Under the pieces are notes generated by a model. It was not told the DNA's origin. It saw only the letters and a list, made by a program, of their open reading frames with translations, and did no database searches. DNA of 64,000 nucleotides from positions 736,001 through 800,000 of the forward strand of contig OY781089.1 of assembly GCA_963676565.1 (NCBI GenBank). The letters run 5' to 3'. Source of the DNA: Halarcobacter sp. GTDB lineage: Bacteria > Campylobacterota > Campylobacteria > Campylobacterales > Arcobacteraceae. Both the position numbers and the translations under genes were made by a program. This document shows, piece by piece, positions 19,501 through 29,709 of the stretch (position 1 is the first letter of the stretch; each line of letters opens with the position of its first letter).

Positions 19501-21477
19501 ATGAATAACAATTTGGAATATATAAAAACAGTAAATACTACGGAATCTCAACTTGATGGAACACTAGCAAAGGGGCTGTATTTTGGTGAAGATGCCCCTG
19601 CTTTTATTTTGGGATATATCTCTCCACATATAAACTTTAATAGCGTTGCGCAAAAGGTGAAATCTTTATTTCCTAGTGAAACAAAAGTTATTTTGATTAC
19701 AACAGCAGGAGAATTATGTTCTTTCAATATTGATGAAAAAAGAGGAATGCTATATAACGATGCAAGTTCAACTTGGGAAAATATTGTATTACAATCTTTT
19801 TCATCATCTATGGTTGAATCAGTTGAAGTTTTATCTATTCCATTATTTAGTGAGGATATGAGTCCCCAAAGTATGGATCACTCACAAAGAGTTGATAGAA
19901 TTACACAAGAGATAAAAAGACAAAATATAAATACGAAAATACACCATGAAAATACTTTCGCTCTTACTTTAGTGGATGGGCTTTCAAGCTCTGAGAGTTT
20001 CTTTACAGAAGCAGTTTATAAAAGTGGAAAACTTCCATGTTTAATTATTGGTGGAAGTGCTGGTGGAAAACTAGATTTTAAAGAAACTTACATTTATGAT
20101 AATTCTCAAGCAGTAAGACATAAAGCGGTTGTTTGCTTAGTAAAATTAAAACAGGGATATAGATATGGTGTTTTAAAATCACAAAGTGTTGAGGAAACAA
20201 ATGTCTCTTATTTAGTTGCTGATGCTGATGTTTTAAAAAGAACAGTTTATAGTGTTTTAAATGAATCAACAAACGAGGTAGTAAATTTCTTAGATATGTT
20301 AAGTTATCAACTAAACTGTACAATTGATGAGCTACCAACTGTATTAGGGGATTATACCTTTGGGATTAAAGTTGGTGGAGACATCTATATTAGGTCAGTT
20401 GCAAATGTTGATGTGGAAAATAAATGTATCTCATTTTTCTGTGATATTGCTTTTGGTGACGTTTTATATCTTGTTAGAAATAAAGATTTTGTTTCTCAAA
20501 CAGAAGAAGATTATAGAAGATTTTCATCTCAAAAAAGAGTCGCACCTTTAGGTGCCATGTTTAATGACTGTATTTTAAGAAGACTTTTAAATCAACAAAG
20601 ACTAGGTGCCTTACAAACATTTAATGACTTCCCTGTTGCTGGTTTTTCAACATTTGGAGAGTTATTAGGGGTAAATATTAATCAAACCTTGACAGCATTA
20701 TTTTTCTATAAAGTTGAAAATGAAGATGATTTCAAAGATGATTTCGTAGATAGTTTTGTTCAAAAATATGCGCAATATTCTGCTTATTATGAGAAAAGAG
20801 AAATTTATCAACTTCAACTAATGGCAAAAGTAAGACGTGCAATTATTGAAAAACTAAAAGAGGCTTTCCCTCTTATTCAAGATATGGTTTCTATTATCAA
20901 TGATGTTTATGATAATACGCAAAAAGCGAATAAGATTATTGATGAACTTAATAACAAATTTGAAGTATTTACAAAAGATATTATGACAAATGTTGATACA
21001 AATACAAAACTTGTGTCAAATATGGAAAATCTTACATCAAATGCAGATGAGATTAAAAAAGTTCTTTCATCTATTTCAGATATTGCAATTCAAACAAACC
21101 TTTTAGCACTAAATGCAGCTATTGAAGCAAGTAGGGCAGGTGAATATGGAAAAGGGTTTAAAGTTGTTGCCGATGAAGTTAAAAAGTTAGCAAAAAGAAC
21201 ACAAGATGGGTTAAAATCAAGTAATGATTCTGTTGATGTAACTGTAACAGCAGTTAAAGATACAGCAGGAATGATAAATAGTGCAAGTAGTTCTTTGAAA
21301 TCAATTTCTGAAAATACAGAAGTTATAAACGAATCATTCAATAACATAAAAGATAGTACTAGAACAACAAATAGTTTTATTGCTGACAAAAAAGATAAAT
21401 TTGAAAGATTATCTCAAAGTATTAATAGAATTGAACAGATTCAAAATAGTTTAGAGCAGTTAGAAAGACATATGTAA
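19501..21477 (+). CDS. Soluble methyl-accepting chemotaxis protein with FIST N/C domains
   Basis: TTAGE, GGSAG, DCILR, GFSTFGE (FIST); [34 protein letters not shown] (MCP). Confidence 0.9.
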   Translation: MNNNLEYIKTVNTTESQLDGTLAKGLYFGEDAPAFILGYISPHINFNSVAQKVKSLFPSETKVILITTAGELCSFNIDEKRGMLYNDASSTWENIVLQSFSSSMVESVEVLSIPLFSEDMSPQSMDHSQRVDRITQEIKRQNINTKIHHENTFALTLVDGLSSSESFFTEAVYKSGKLPCLIIGGSAGGKLDFKETYIYDNSQAVRHKAVVCLVKLKQGYRYGVLKSQSVEETNVSYLVADADVLKRTVYSVLNESTNEVVNFLDMLSYQLNCTIDELPTVLGDYTFGIKVGGDIYIRSVANVDVENKCISFFCDIAFGDVLYLVRNKDFVSQTEEDYRRFSSQKRVAPLGAMFNDCILRRLLNQQRLGALQTFNDFPVAGFSTFGELLGVNINQTLTALFFYKVENEDDFKDDFVDSFVQKYAQYSAYYEKREIYQLQLMAKVRRAIIEKLKEAFPLIQDMVSIINDVYDNTQKANKIIDELNNKFEVFTKDIMTNVDTNTKLVSNMENLTSNADEIKKVLSSISDIAIQTNLLALNAAIEASRAGEYGKGFKVVADEVKKLAKRTQDGLKSSNDSVDVTVTAVKDTAGMINSASSSLKSISENTEVINESFNNIKDSTRTTNSFIADKKDKFERLSQSINRIEQIQNSLEQLERHM

Positions 21478-21483
21478 GAAGAT

Positions 21484-22299
21484 TTAATCTTCTTGCATCA
21501 GCTCATTATAAATCTCTTTAACATTTTTCCCTGTCATTTTAGCAAGTAGTTTTGCTTTTGCTTTTGGCGCGATATCTAGGGATTTTATATCATCTAAATC
21601 TAGGGTTTGACCTTTGAACTCAACGGGCTGAATTACAATTACCCATTCCCCTTTTATGTTTTCATCTTTAAATTTCTCAAATAGATTTTTTGCGCAATCT
21701 TTAAAAGTTTTTTGATGAAGTTTTGTTAGCTCTTTTGCTAAAAAAACAGTTCTTTCTTCATCTATATTAGAAATCTCTTCAAGTGTTTTTAAAAGTCTAT
21801 GGGGTGATTCATATAAAATAGATAAAATTGAACTTTGCATAACTTGAGTAAGTTTTTCTTTTCTTTCTTTCCCTTTGTGGGCTAAAAAACCAAAAAACGT
21901 AAACTCTGTATGTTCAAAACCACTCATAGCAAAGGCTGTTAAAACTGCATTTGCTCCAGGAAGGACATCATAATCTAAGTCATTGTCAATGGCATATTGA
22001 ACCAATGAAGCACCTGGGTCACTAACACAAGGCATCCCTGCATCACTAACATAAACAATATTTTTTTCAAATGTTTCAGGAGTTAAAGTTTTTAATACTT
22101 GATTTTCGTTGTGTGAATGAAAAGATTTAAATTCACTACATTTAAAAGTTATATTTTCTCTTTGAGATATTAGGTTTAGAAGTTTTTTTGTGACTCTTGT
22201 ATCTTCACAAAAAATCAGTTCCGCTTCCAAAAGGGCATTTATTGAACGCTTAGAGATGTCCTCTAAATTTCCTATTGGAGTTGGAACTAATGTTAACAC
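21484..22299 (-). CDS. rsmI: 16S rRNA C1402 2'-O-methyltransferase
   Basis: PTPIGNLEDIS, CEDTRVT, SDAGMPCVSDPG, YESPHR, ELTKLH. Confidence 0.95.
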   Translation of the reverse strand: MLTLVPTPIGNLEDISKRSINALLEAELIFCEDTRVTKKLLNLISQRENITFKCSEFKSFHSHNENQVLKTLTPETFEKNIVYVSDAGMPCVSDPGASLVQYAIDNDLDYDVLPGANAVLTAFAMSGFEHTEFTFFGFLAHKGKERKEKLTQVMQSSILSILYESPHRLLKTLEEISNIDEERTVFLAKELTKLHQKTFKDCAKNLFEKFKDENIKGEWVIVIQPVEFKGQTLDLDDIKSLDIAPKAKAKLLAKMTGKNVKEIYNELMQED

Positions 22300-22311
22300 G
22301 CTATTTTATAA

Positions 22312-22512
22312 TTATTTTTTAGCGTATTTAGCTTTGAATTTCTCAACTCTACCAGCAGCATCAACAATTTTTTGCTCACCAGTAAAGAATGGGTGACAAG
22401 CAGAACAAATATCGATTCTCATAGATTCAACATTAGACTTAGTCACAAATGAGTTTCCACAAGCACAAGTTACAGTACACTCTTTGTAATCTGGATGAAT
22501 GTCTTTTTTCAC
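22312..22512 (-). CDS. rpmE: 50S ribosomal protein L31 (Zn-binding type)
   Basis: [23 protein letters not shown]. Confidence 0.97.
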   Translation of the reverse strand: MKKDIHPDYKECTVTCACGNSFVTKSNVESMRIDICSACHPFFTGEQKIVDAAGRVEKFKAKYAKK

Positions 22513-22595
22513 TTGGTTTTCCTTACTTTGATTAATGCCTAAAAAAAGATCGAATCTCTTGTCGTCCTTTAATAAGCTCTTTAAATGGATTGGGA

Positions 22596-23471
22596 TTATA
22601 TCGAAAAATACTTAATAATATCTGAATTTAAGTTCTCTATAATATTTGAAGTTTTATCTTTGAATTGCCCTCTATTGAAAGTGTTTTGTCTTTTTGCTAA
22701 TTTTGCAGTATTTTGTGCAATCTTCTCTTCGAGTTGCTTTTTATCCAGTTTTCCATCAAGATATTGCAAGGTTTCAACAATACCAATTGAAGCCATACAG
22801 TTTGGTTCTCTTCTGTATTTTTTTTCTAAAAAGATTACTTCATCGATAATGCCATCTTTTATCATTTGTGAAGTTCGTAGGTTAATTCTTTCTCTAAGTT
22901 TCTCTCTATCCCATAAAATTTCAAAGATTTTTAAATCCTTTGCAATAGGTTCTTTTTTGTTTAGTTCAAAATATTTTGATGGAGCCATATTACTTTGCTT
23001 GTAAATAGAGAAGGCTTTTCTTACTCTATAGGTATCATTTTTTGCAATTTTCCCCATATAGATTTTATCTAGTTCATACAAAAAATCATAGGTTTCTTCT
23101 AAACTCATCTCAAGGTCGTGTTCTTTTTCAATCCCCGTTGACAAACCTTCAGTTAAAGCTTTTAAATAAAAACCTGTACCCCCAACAATAATAAGATTTT
23201 TGCCATTTTCTTTGGCATAAGTTTTAGCTTTTTTGTACTCATCAAAAAACTGTATAACATCAAATTTTTCATTTGGATAAAGTACATCAATCCCAAAATG
23301 AACTATATCCCCACGCTCTTCTTTTGTAGGTTTTGCAGAAGCAATATCTATCTCTTTGTATACTGATAATGAATCAAGTGACAAAATAATAGAGTTTGTC
23401 TTTTGTGCTATATCTATTGATAGTCCAGTTTTTCCTGAGGCTGTTGAGCCAATAATTGCAATCTCTTTCAT
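22596..23471 (-). CDS. miaA: tRNA dimethylallyltransferase
   Basis: [27 protein letters not shown]; start re-placed at MKEIAII. Confidence 0.95.
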   Translation of the reverse strand: MKEIAIIGSTASGKTGLSIDIAQKTNSIILSLDSLSVYKEIDIASAKPTKEERGDIVHFGIDVLYPNEKFDVIQFFDEYKKAKTYAKENGKNLIIVGGTGFYLKALTEGLSTGIEKEHDLEMSLEETYDFLYELDKIYMGKIAKNDTYRVRKAFSIYKQSNMAPSKYFELNKKEPIAKDLKIFEILWDREKLRERINLRTSQMIKDGIIDEVIFLEKKYRREPNCMASIGIVETLQYLDGKLDKKQLEEKIAQNTAKLAKRQNTFNRGQFKDKTSNIIENLNSDIIKYFSI

Positions 23472-23525
23472 AAAAGTGATTGTAGCAAAACAATTGTAAA
23501 TATCTTTTTTGATATACTTCATTCC

Positions 23526-24395
23526 ATGAAAAAAATTACTACTATATTAAATGATTTTAATGAACTTGTTATGTTCAAACACTCAATATTTTCTTTACCA
23601 TTTATATTTATAGCGATGCTTGTAGCATCTGTTGAAGTAAATGGCTCACCATGGTTTGGTTTCAAACTTTTAATTTTGGGAATCTTAGCTGCAATTACAG
23701 CTAGAAATTTTGCCATGGGGTTTAATAGATATATGGATAGAGATATTGATGCCTTAAATCCAAGAACTATCAACAGACCAAACGTAGATGGGAGAGTATC
23801 TGCAACACAGATGTTAGTTTTTGTAATAGCAAATGCCCTTGGGTTTATCATTGTTGCTTATTTTGTAAATGATTTAGCTTTTTATTTATCTGTTCCAATT
23901 TTATTTGTGATTGGTTCATATTCTTATTTTAAGAGATTTTCCTATTTAGCCCATGTAATACTTGGTATTTCTCTGGCTCTTGCTCCTATTGCTGGGGTAG
24001 TTGCTGTTAGTGAAACTATTACTTTATGGTCGATTTTACTTAGTATTGGGGTTATGTTTTGGGTTGCTGGTTTTGATTTACTTTATTCTCTACAAGATAT
24101 TGAAGTGGACAAAGAGTTAGGACTTCACTCAATTCCAAGTAAATTTGGACCACAAAAAACAATGCTAATCTCTAAGGTGTTTCATTCCTTGACAGTATTA
24201 TTTTGGCTTTTATTTGCAATAACTTCAAATAGTGGAATATTTGCTTATATTGCTGTGATAATTAGTGCAGTGATGTTGACTTATGAACACTACTTAGTAA
24301 ATAAAGACTTCACAAAAATTGATAAAGCCTTTTTTACAGTAAATGGATACCTTGGTATTGTATTTTTCTTTTTAATATTAATTGACTCATTTTGA
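23526..24395 (+). CDS. mqnP: UbiA-family prenyltransferase, futalosine pathway
   Basis: HSIFSLPF, NRYMDRDIDALNPRT, GFDLLYSLQD. Confidence 0.85.
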   Translation: MKKITTILNDFNELVMFKHSIFSLPFIFIAMLVASVEVNGSPWFGFKLLILGILAAITARNFAMGFNRYMDRDIDALNPRTINRPNVDGRVSATQMLVFVIANALGFIIVAYFVNDLAFYLSVPILFVIGSYSYFKRFSYLAHVILGISLALAPIAGVVAVSETITLWSILLSIGVMFWVAGFDLLYSLQDIEVDKELGLHSIPSKFGPQKTMLISKVFHSLTVLFWLLFAITSNSGIFAYIAVIISAVMLTYEHYLVNKDFTKIDKAFFTVNGYLGIVFFFLILIDSF

Positions 24396-24485
24396 GACTA
24401 TTTTAATACCAGTATTAAATAATACTTAATTAAATATTTAGATAATTTCTAGTAAGATTTTTTTATATTGGGGTGGGGACTACAT

Positions 24486-25295
24486 ATGAGCGATAAATTA
24501 AAACGAGTCACATACATGACTGTAAAAAACTTAAAAAATGAAGACATAATTTTACCTGGGAAATACTCAAGCACTTTTGAAAGCTTTGCAAGAGGTCTTG
24601 AACTAGATGTTAAAGATGAAAATGTCGTATTAAAAGAATTAAATAATGATTCTAACTATGTAAATAATATCGTTAAGAAAACAAACAAAAATTTAGATAA
24701 TTTTTATAAATCGACAACTGATGCTCAAATTGCTATTAAAAATAATGATAAAGATTCATTAGAAAAAATCAATTCAGAAATAGCTCAAATGAGAAATGAG
24801 ATTAACTCTTTGCAAAAACAACTTTTTTCTGATCCATTAACAGGTGCATACAATAGAAAATGGTTTGCTGATGAATACTTAAATGATGATATTTTTAAAC
24901 ATGATGGTTTTATAGCATTTTTAGATTTGAATAAATTTAAGGCTATAAACGATACTTATGGACATATTGTAGGTGACCAAGTATTAAAGTATCTTGTTAG
25001 ATTTTTAAAAAAAGAGTTACAAAAACCAGGTGTTGATATCGTAAGATACGCAGGTGATGAGTTTATAGTTTTATTTAATAAAGAAAAAGCAACAGTTTTA
25101 AATGTAGATAGAACTATCTCTGAAACCCAAGAAAAGCTTTCAAGGCAAAAACTAAAATCTGCAAAAATAGATGAACTTCAGTTCTCTTTTTCTTTTGGGA
25201 TTAGCCCTTTTAGAAAAGGAGATTTTGTGGAAGATATTCTTAATACTGTAGATGAACTTATGTATAAAAATAAACAGAAAAGTAGACAAATCTAA
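24486..25295 (+). CDS. GGDEF-domain diguanylate cyclase
   Basis: Coiled coil, DPLTGAYNR, FKAINDTYGH, RYAGDEF. Confidence 0.85.
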   Translation: MSDKLKRVTYMTVKNLKNEDIILPGKYSSTFESFARGLELDVKDENVVLKELNNDSNYVNNIVKKTNKNLDNFYKSTTDAQIAIKNNDKDSLEKINSEIAQMRNEINSLQKQLFSDPLTGAYNRKWFADEYLNDDIFKHDGFIAFLDLNKFKAINDTYGHIVGDQVLKYLVRFLKKELQKPGVDIVRYAGDEFIVLFNKEKATVLNVDRTISETQEKLSRQKLKSAKIDELQFSFSFGISPFRKGDFVEDILNTVDELMYKNKQKSRQI

Positions 25296-25388
25296 AACTC
25301 TCTAAAGCCTACATGAGAGTGTTTTCAGAGATTTTTAAACAAAATAAATGTATTATTCGCTTCCAATCAGTGTGAAACTGATAAAAGC

Positions 25389-25465
25389 GCGTCTGTGGCT
25401 CAACTGGATAGAGCACTGGGTTTCGGCCCCGGCGGTTGTGAGTTCGAATCTTACCAGGCGTGCCA
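25389..25465 (+). tRNA. tRNA-Arg(UCG)
   Basis: Cloverleaf: GCGTCTG/CAGGCGT acceptor, CTGGG-TTTCGGC-CCCGG anticodon arm, GTTCGAATC T-loop, encoded CCA. Confidence 0.95.
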
Positions 25466-25470
25466 TCTAG

Positions 25471-25520
25471 AAGCTCGATATAATGGACTCTATAGAGTTT
25501 TTATATCGGGCTTTTTTTAT
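25471..25520 (+). terminator. Hairpin after tRNA-Arg
   Basis: AAGCTCGATATAA...TTATATCGGGCTT followed by a T-run. Confidence 0.7.
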
Positions 25521-25598
25521 TTCCGAAAATATGAGTTCTCAATTATTCTTATATAATCTATTTAGTATTTTTATTTGTTACAGTGATTTTTTTAATTA

Positions 25599-25952
25599 GT
25601 GGAGATTCAACCTCTGGGGTGTAGGTTTGACAAATCAATAAAAGCAGGAGAAAATTGGTTTATATTTGTATTCTTAGGTTCAGGAAAAAACTTCCAAGAA
25701 ATTACAATTGAAAATGATATATACAAAAAAATTGAAACATCCTTTGATGAAAACAAAGAGATGATGCCAGAGTTCAAAGATTTTGTTAAAGACTGTAAGA
25801 AGTTATGTAAAGATATACCTTCTTCTGAACTACTTCAAAAATTATATGAAGAAGACAATAGAAATTCAGAGTATTTAGATTTAGAGACTTTTTTCAAAAA
25901 AGGTAGTGAATTAATTCAAAATATAGAAATGATTATTTTGCAGATAGTTTAA
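25599..25952 (+). CDS. Hypothetical protein, possibly a gene fragment
   Basis: 117-aa ORF, GTG start with no clear RBS, no recognised motif. Confidence 0.4.
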   Translation: MEIQPLGCRFDKSIKAGENWFIFVFLGSGKNFQEITIENDIYKKIETSFDENKEMMPEFKDFVKDCKKLCKDIPSSELLQKLYEEDNRNSEYLDLETFFKKGSELIQNIEMIILQIV

Positions 25953-26102
25953 TACAACAAGATATATTGAAAGAAAAAGAGAATATACTTTTATTTCAAT
26001 TGTTATCAATGTATTTAATTTCACTTTATAGAGTGTCAATTAAATAATTATTTAATAACTAAATAGATAAAATCATTATTTGTTAATAGTTTAAGGATAT
26101 AT

Positions 26103-26654
26103 ATGAAATTTATCGAACCTTTACGTTTAATTAAGGCAAATGATTTACCTTTTAAATATTGGCTATTATTTACTATTCTTGCTGGACAATCAGGAATAAT
26201 ATTAAATATAATTATAGGTGTATATAGAGATAATGAAAGTATTTGGTGTATATTAGAAGATAGTTATTTGAATGGTGAGTTCTATACGTATTCAATTGCT
26301 TTACTTTCTTCAATGATTGGGTTAGTATTTCTTGATTTAATTTCTGCAGACAGTCAACATTTTAGACAAATTAAATTAAATACAATAATTATTGGCGCAC
26401 TATTGCTTGGATTTTCTGCTGTTACTTATCCATTTATGTCAAAGGGCGATTTGGAGTGGACACAATTAGTAATATATATACTTTCAATATCTTTAGCAAT
26501 ATATTTTTATGCACTTCTTAAATTAGAAGAAAATCATAAAAAGTTTGAACATTTGTATGATATTGATTATAGTAAAGCAGATGATGATACAGTTGATAAT
26601 ATTAAAAAAAGTGCGGAAACTACTAATACAGATAAAAAAGGAAATAAACTATGA
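26103..26654 (+). CDS. Hypothetical 4-TM membrane protein
   Basis: AAGGA RBS; four hydrophobic segments and a charged C-tail; ATGA overlap with the next gene. Confidence 0.8.
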   Translation: MKFIEPLRLIKANDLPFKYWLLFTILAGQSGIILNIIIGVYRDNESIWCILEDSYLNGEFYTYSIALLSSMIGLVFLDLISADSQHFRQIKLNTIIIGALLLGFSAVTYPFMSKGDLEWTQLVIYILSISLAIYFYALLKLEENHKKFEHLYDIDYSKADDDTVDNIKKSAETTNTDKKGNKL

Positions 26655-27709
26655 TTTTAGATTTTTTAGAAATTAATCAACCAATTGGAACATTTTATTT
26701 ATCTAAAATGTCTGCATCTAATATTAGTAAACTTACACAAGTAAATCAACGTTCAGATGAAAATGGTACAAGTGTCCAAAGAGAAGATTCTGAAAAGAGA
26801 ATAAAAGAAATATCAGCATATAGTAGTGATCCTGATGCTACATTCCCAACTCCAATTATTATTAGTATTTATGATAACTCAAATGTAGAAATAAAAGACG
26901 GTAAAATTGTTGTTCATAATGAAAATGAAAAAATTGGAGAAATTTTAGATGGACAACATAGAATTAGAGGATTAGAAAATTCATTATTTATAAGTGAGTT
27001 TGAAATGCCTATAATTCTTATGTTTAATTTAACTGAAGAAGAAAAAGCTTATGTTTTTTCAATTATTAACAGTAAACAGACTAAAGTTTCAATGTCATTA
27101 ATATATGATTTATTTGCACTTTCTAAAAAAAGAAGTCCTCAAAAAACAATGCATGAAATTGCAAGAACATTTAACAATGATAAGAATTCACCATATTATA
27201 ATAGGTTAAAAATGTTAGGTAAAAAAGAAGAAGGACAAGATTTAGCATCTTTATCTCAAGGTACTTTTGTTAATTATATAATTAAGCTAATTTCTAAAAA
27301 ACCTGATGAAGATATGCGAAAAATAAAAAGAGAAGAACCTCTTACCATTTATAATGATTTACCATTAAGAGAATATTTTATAAATGAAGATGATGAGATA
27401 ATTTATAAAATATTATTGAATTGTTTTAATGGATTATCAAAAGTCTTTATAGAAGAATGGCTTAATCCTGATACTTATATTTTAAGTAAAACTACAGGAT
27501 TTGGTGCAGTTATTAAATCCTTCAATAAATTGTATCTAATAGGGGATGAACAAAATGATTTATCTGAGGAATTCTTTATAAATTGTTTTAGAAAGTTAGA
27601 ACTTAAATTAAAAGAGAATAATCAAAAATTAACTTCGGAATATTTCCCTTCAAGTGAACATACACAGTCTAAGTTGTCAAAACTAATCATTGAATCTGTG
27701 ACTTCATAA
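26651..27709 (+). CDS. DGQHR-domain protein (DndB/ParB-like superfamily)
   Basis: VQRE, FPTPIII, ILDGQHRIRG, FSIINSKQ motifs. Confidence 0.9.
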   Translation: MILDFLEINQPIGTFYLSKMSASNISKLTQVNQRSDENGTSVQREDSEKRIKEISAYSSDPDATFPTPIIISIYDNSNVEIKDGKIVVHNENEKIGEILDGQHRIRGLENSLFISEFEMPIILMFNLTEEEKAYVFSIINSKQTKVSMSLIYDLFALSKKRSPQKTMHEIARTFNNDKNSPYYNRLKMLGKKEEGQDLASLSQGTFVNYIIKLISKKPDEDMRKIKREEPLTIYNDLPLREYFINEDDEIIYKILLNCFNGLSKVFIEEWLNPDTYILSKTTGFGAVIKSFNKLYLIGDEQNDLSEEFFINCFRKLELKLKENNQKLTSEYFPSSEHTQSKLSKLIIESVTS

Positions 27710-27820
27710 GTGTTCCAATAATGTTCCAAAATTAACTATAAATAATTGGTTTTTTAGAATTATATAATTTCAAGAAGTCTTTATTTATGGTTATATGTAG
27801 TTATCCTTGGTAAATATATC

Positions 27821-27842
27821 CGAATCCTACCAGGGGTGCCAT
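27821..27842 (+). repeat. Degenerate att-like copy of the tRNA-Arg 3' end
   Basis: 20/22 match to 25445-25466. Confidence 0.8.
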
Positions 27843-27981
27843 TTTATAATTACTTTTAAACTAACTAAAATCAAAACAGAAATTAGATACTATTTAACAA
27901 AAAATTAAGATAAAAAATATATGAATTTAACTCAAAGAATTAAAGAAACAAAACAATTATTAAAAGCAGCGTAAAATAGTC

Positions 27982-28842
27982 ATGGCTAAAAGTGATTGGA
28001 TAGAAGTTGTTGAAATATTTAATACAAAACGTAAATCATATCTTGATGATTTTCTTACTTCAAGTGATAGGTTTTGTCCTAGTTCTAATCATTTAAATAT
28101 TTTTGACAATAATCACAATGCATTTAGTTCTAAGTTACTTAATAAACCAAAGCCGGGTAATTGGATACCACTTTATCAAAGAGAAGAACTATCTGATTAT
28201 TTAGTAGAAAATAATTTAATGCCAATACGATGTGGACAAGGAGAATTCTTTTTTTTCAAAGGAGATATATTTTATAATTTAAATGAACTTATATATTCAA
28301 GTATTGATATTAAAAACTTATCTCAAACAGACAGTTTTGTTCCTTTAACATTGAAGAATTTTCATAAGAATGAAAATGCTTATTTAAATAAGGCATTAGC
28401 AATTGGAATAATTAATGATTTTGTTGATAATGATAATATGACTGTTTTTCAGCAGCAATTATCTTATAGAAGATTATTATATGGACAATTTGGAAAGATT
28501 AAAACAAATTTTGATTTAGAATTCAAAACTAGCTTCGGAATTAAAAAAATAAATAAGGGTTTTCAATTTGAAATAGATTTAGTACTAGAAAATGAAGATG
28601 AAATTATAATTTTTGAAGCTAAACAAGGACTAAAAGCAAGAAAAACACTTGCACTGTTGCAATTATATTATCCATTGATTTATTTAAATATGATTACTAA
28701 TAATAAGAAGAAAATAAGAACTATATTTATTGATATAATTTCACATAAATCTAAAAATGAAGTTTACAAATTAGTCGAATTTAATTTTGAGAATTTTGAG
28801 TTTGATAATTGTAAAGTGATTAAGAGTTGCGAATATAGTTAA
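27982..28842 (+). CDS. PD-(D/E)xK restriction-endonuclease-like protein
   Basis: QFEIDLVLENEDEIIIFEAK and downstream QLYYP motif; no methyltransferase adjacent. Confidence 0.65.
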   Translation: MAKSDWIEVVEIFNTKRKSYLDDFLTSSDRFCPSSNHLNIFDNNHNAFSSKLLNKPKPGNWIPLYQREELSDYLVENNLMPIRCGQGEFFFFKGDIFYNLNELIYSSIDIKNLSQTDSFVPLTLKNFHKNENAYLNKALAIGIINDFVDNDNMTVFQQQLSYRRLLYGQFGKIKTNFDLEFKTSFGIKKINKGFQFEIDLVLENEDEIIIFEAKQGLKARKTLALLQLYYPLIYLNMITNNKKKIRTIFIDIISHKSKNEVYKLVEFNFENFEFDNCKVIKSCEYS

Positions 28843-28998
28843 TTATCAAAATTTTATATTTACAACTTTTGACTTTTTTAAGTCTATTAGAGTCAATTTT
28901 ATTTTTTTAACTATACAAATAACCAATTTAAAGATTCATATATACTTTTAAACAAAAAATAATTCTTAAAATAATAAAATAACTCCAAAGGAATAAGT

Positions 28999-29571
28999 AT
29001 GATTAAATATATAAAATATGGATTTTTGACTCTTATCGTAGGAGTCATATTTAGTGGTTGTGTAGCAAAGCCTAAGATTGCCCTTGAATATAGACCTGCT
29101 TCTGTTTTAGAACTTGAGGGTAAAGTAAGTGTAAATGATTTTGGATATCTTCCAAAAGAAGGTGTAACTCAAAAACAAATACCTAACACAGCATTAGGAG
29201 AAGGGTTATTTCTAGATGACCCCATAGGTGTGTTTTTTGCAAATGCAGTAAGAAGAGAATTTAGACAGTCAGGATTATCTATTAAAACAGGTTCATGCGA
29301 ACTTGATGGAGAGGTAAATGAATTATTAATTGATGATTTAGGATTTACAGTAGATTTAATCACTGATGTTAGATATATTTTATACAACAAAGATAAAAAA
29401 GTATTAATGGACAATACATATAATACAAAGCTTGATGGCTTATCAAAATTTGTGCAAGCATCTGTACTTTTTCAAAATTTAAATAAAATGTTTTCAAAAA
29501 ATATTGAGTCATTTATGAAAGATCCTCTATTTGTTAAATCATTAGAAAAAGAATGTTCAGAAAATAATTAG
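28999..29571 (+). CDS. Hypothetical lipoprotein
   Basis: Signal peptide with FSGC lipobox. Confidence 0.75.
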   Translation: MIKYIKYGFLTLIVGVIFSGCVAKPKIALEYRPASVLELEGKVSVNDFGYLPKEGVTQKQIPNTALGEGLFLDDPIGVFFANAVRREFRQSGLSIKTGSCELDGEVNELLIDDLGFTVDLITDVRYILYNKDKKVLMDNTYNTKLDGLSKFVQASVLFQNLNKMFSKNIESFMKDPLFVKSLEKECSENN

Positions 29572-29709
29572 GAGAGTATTTGAATAATAAGATTAGTCTT
29601 ATTATTCCCCTCTTCAACTCTAGTTTATTAAATTCCCACTTTATTATGTATTTAGAATATATTCTAAAAATAACTAATAAATAATCATTTTTTATAGTAT
29701 AATGAAATC

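Larger units (their letters stand above)
25445..27842. mobile_element. tRNA-integrated genomic islet remnant (no integrase seen)
   Basis: tRNA 3' end CGAATCTTACCAGGCGTGCCAT (25445-25466) recurs as CGAATCCTACCAGGGGTGCCAT (27821-27842), 20/22 identical. Confidence 0.75.

Noticed and set aside
26651..27709. Complete Dnd phosphorothioation or Dpd system
   Set aside because: No dndA/C/D/E or dpdA-type genes in the window.
27920..27974. 17-aa ORF MNLTQRIKETKQLLKAA before the nuclease gene
   Set aside because: Too short, weak RBS, no supporting evidence.
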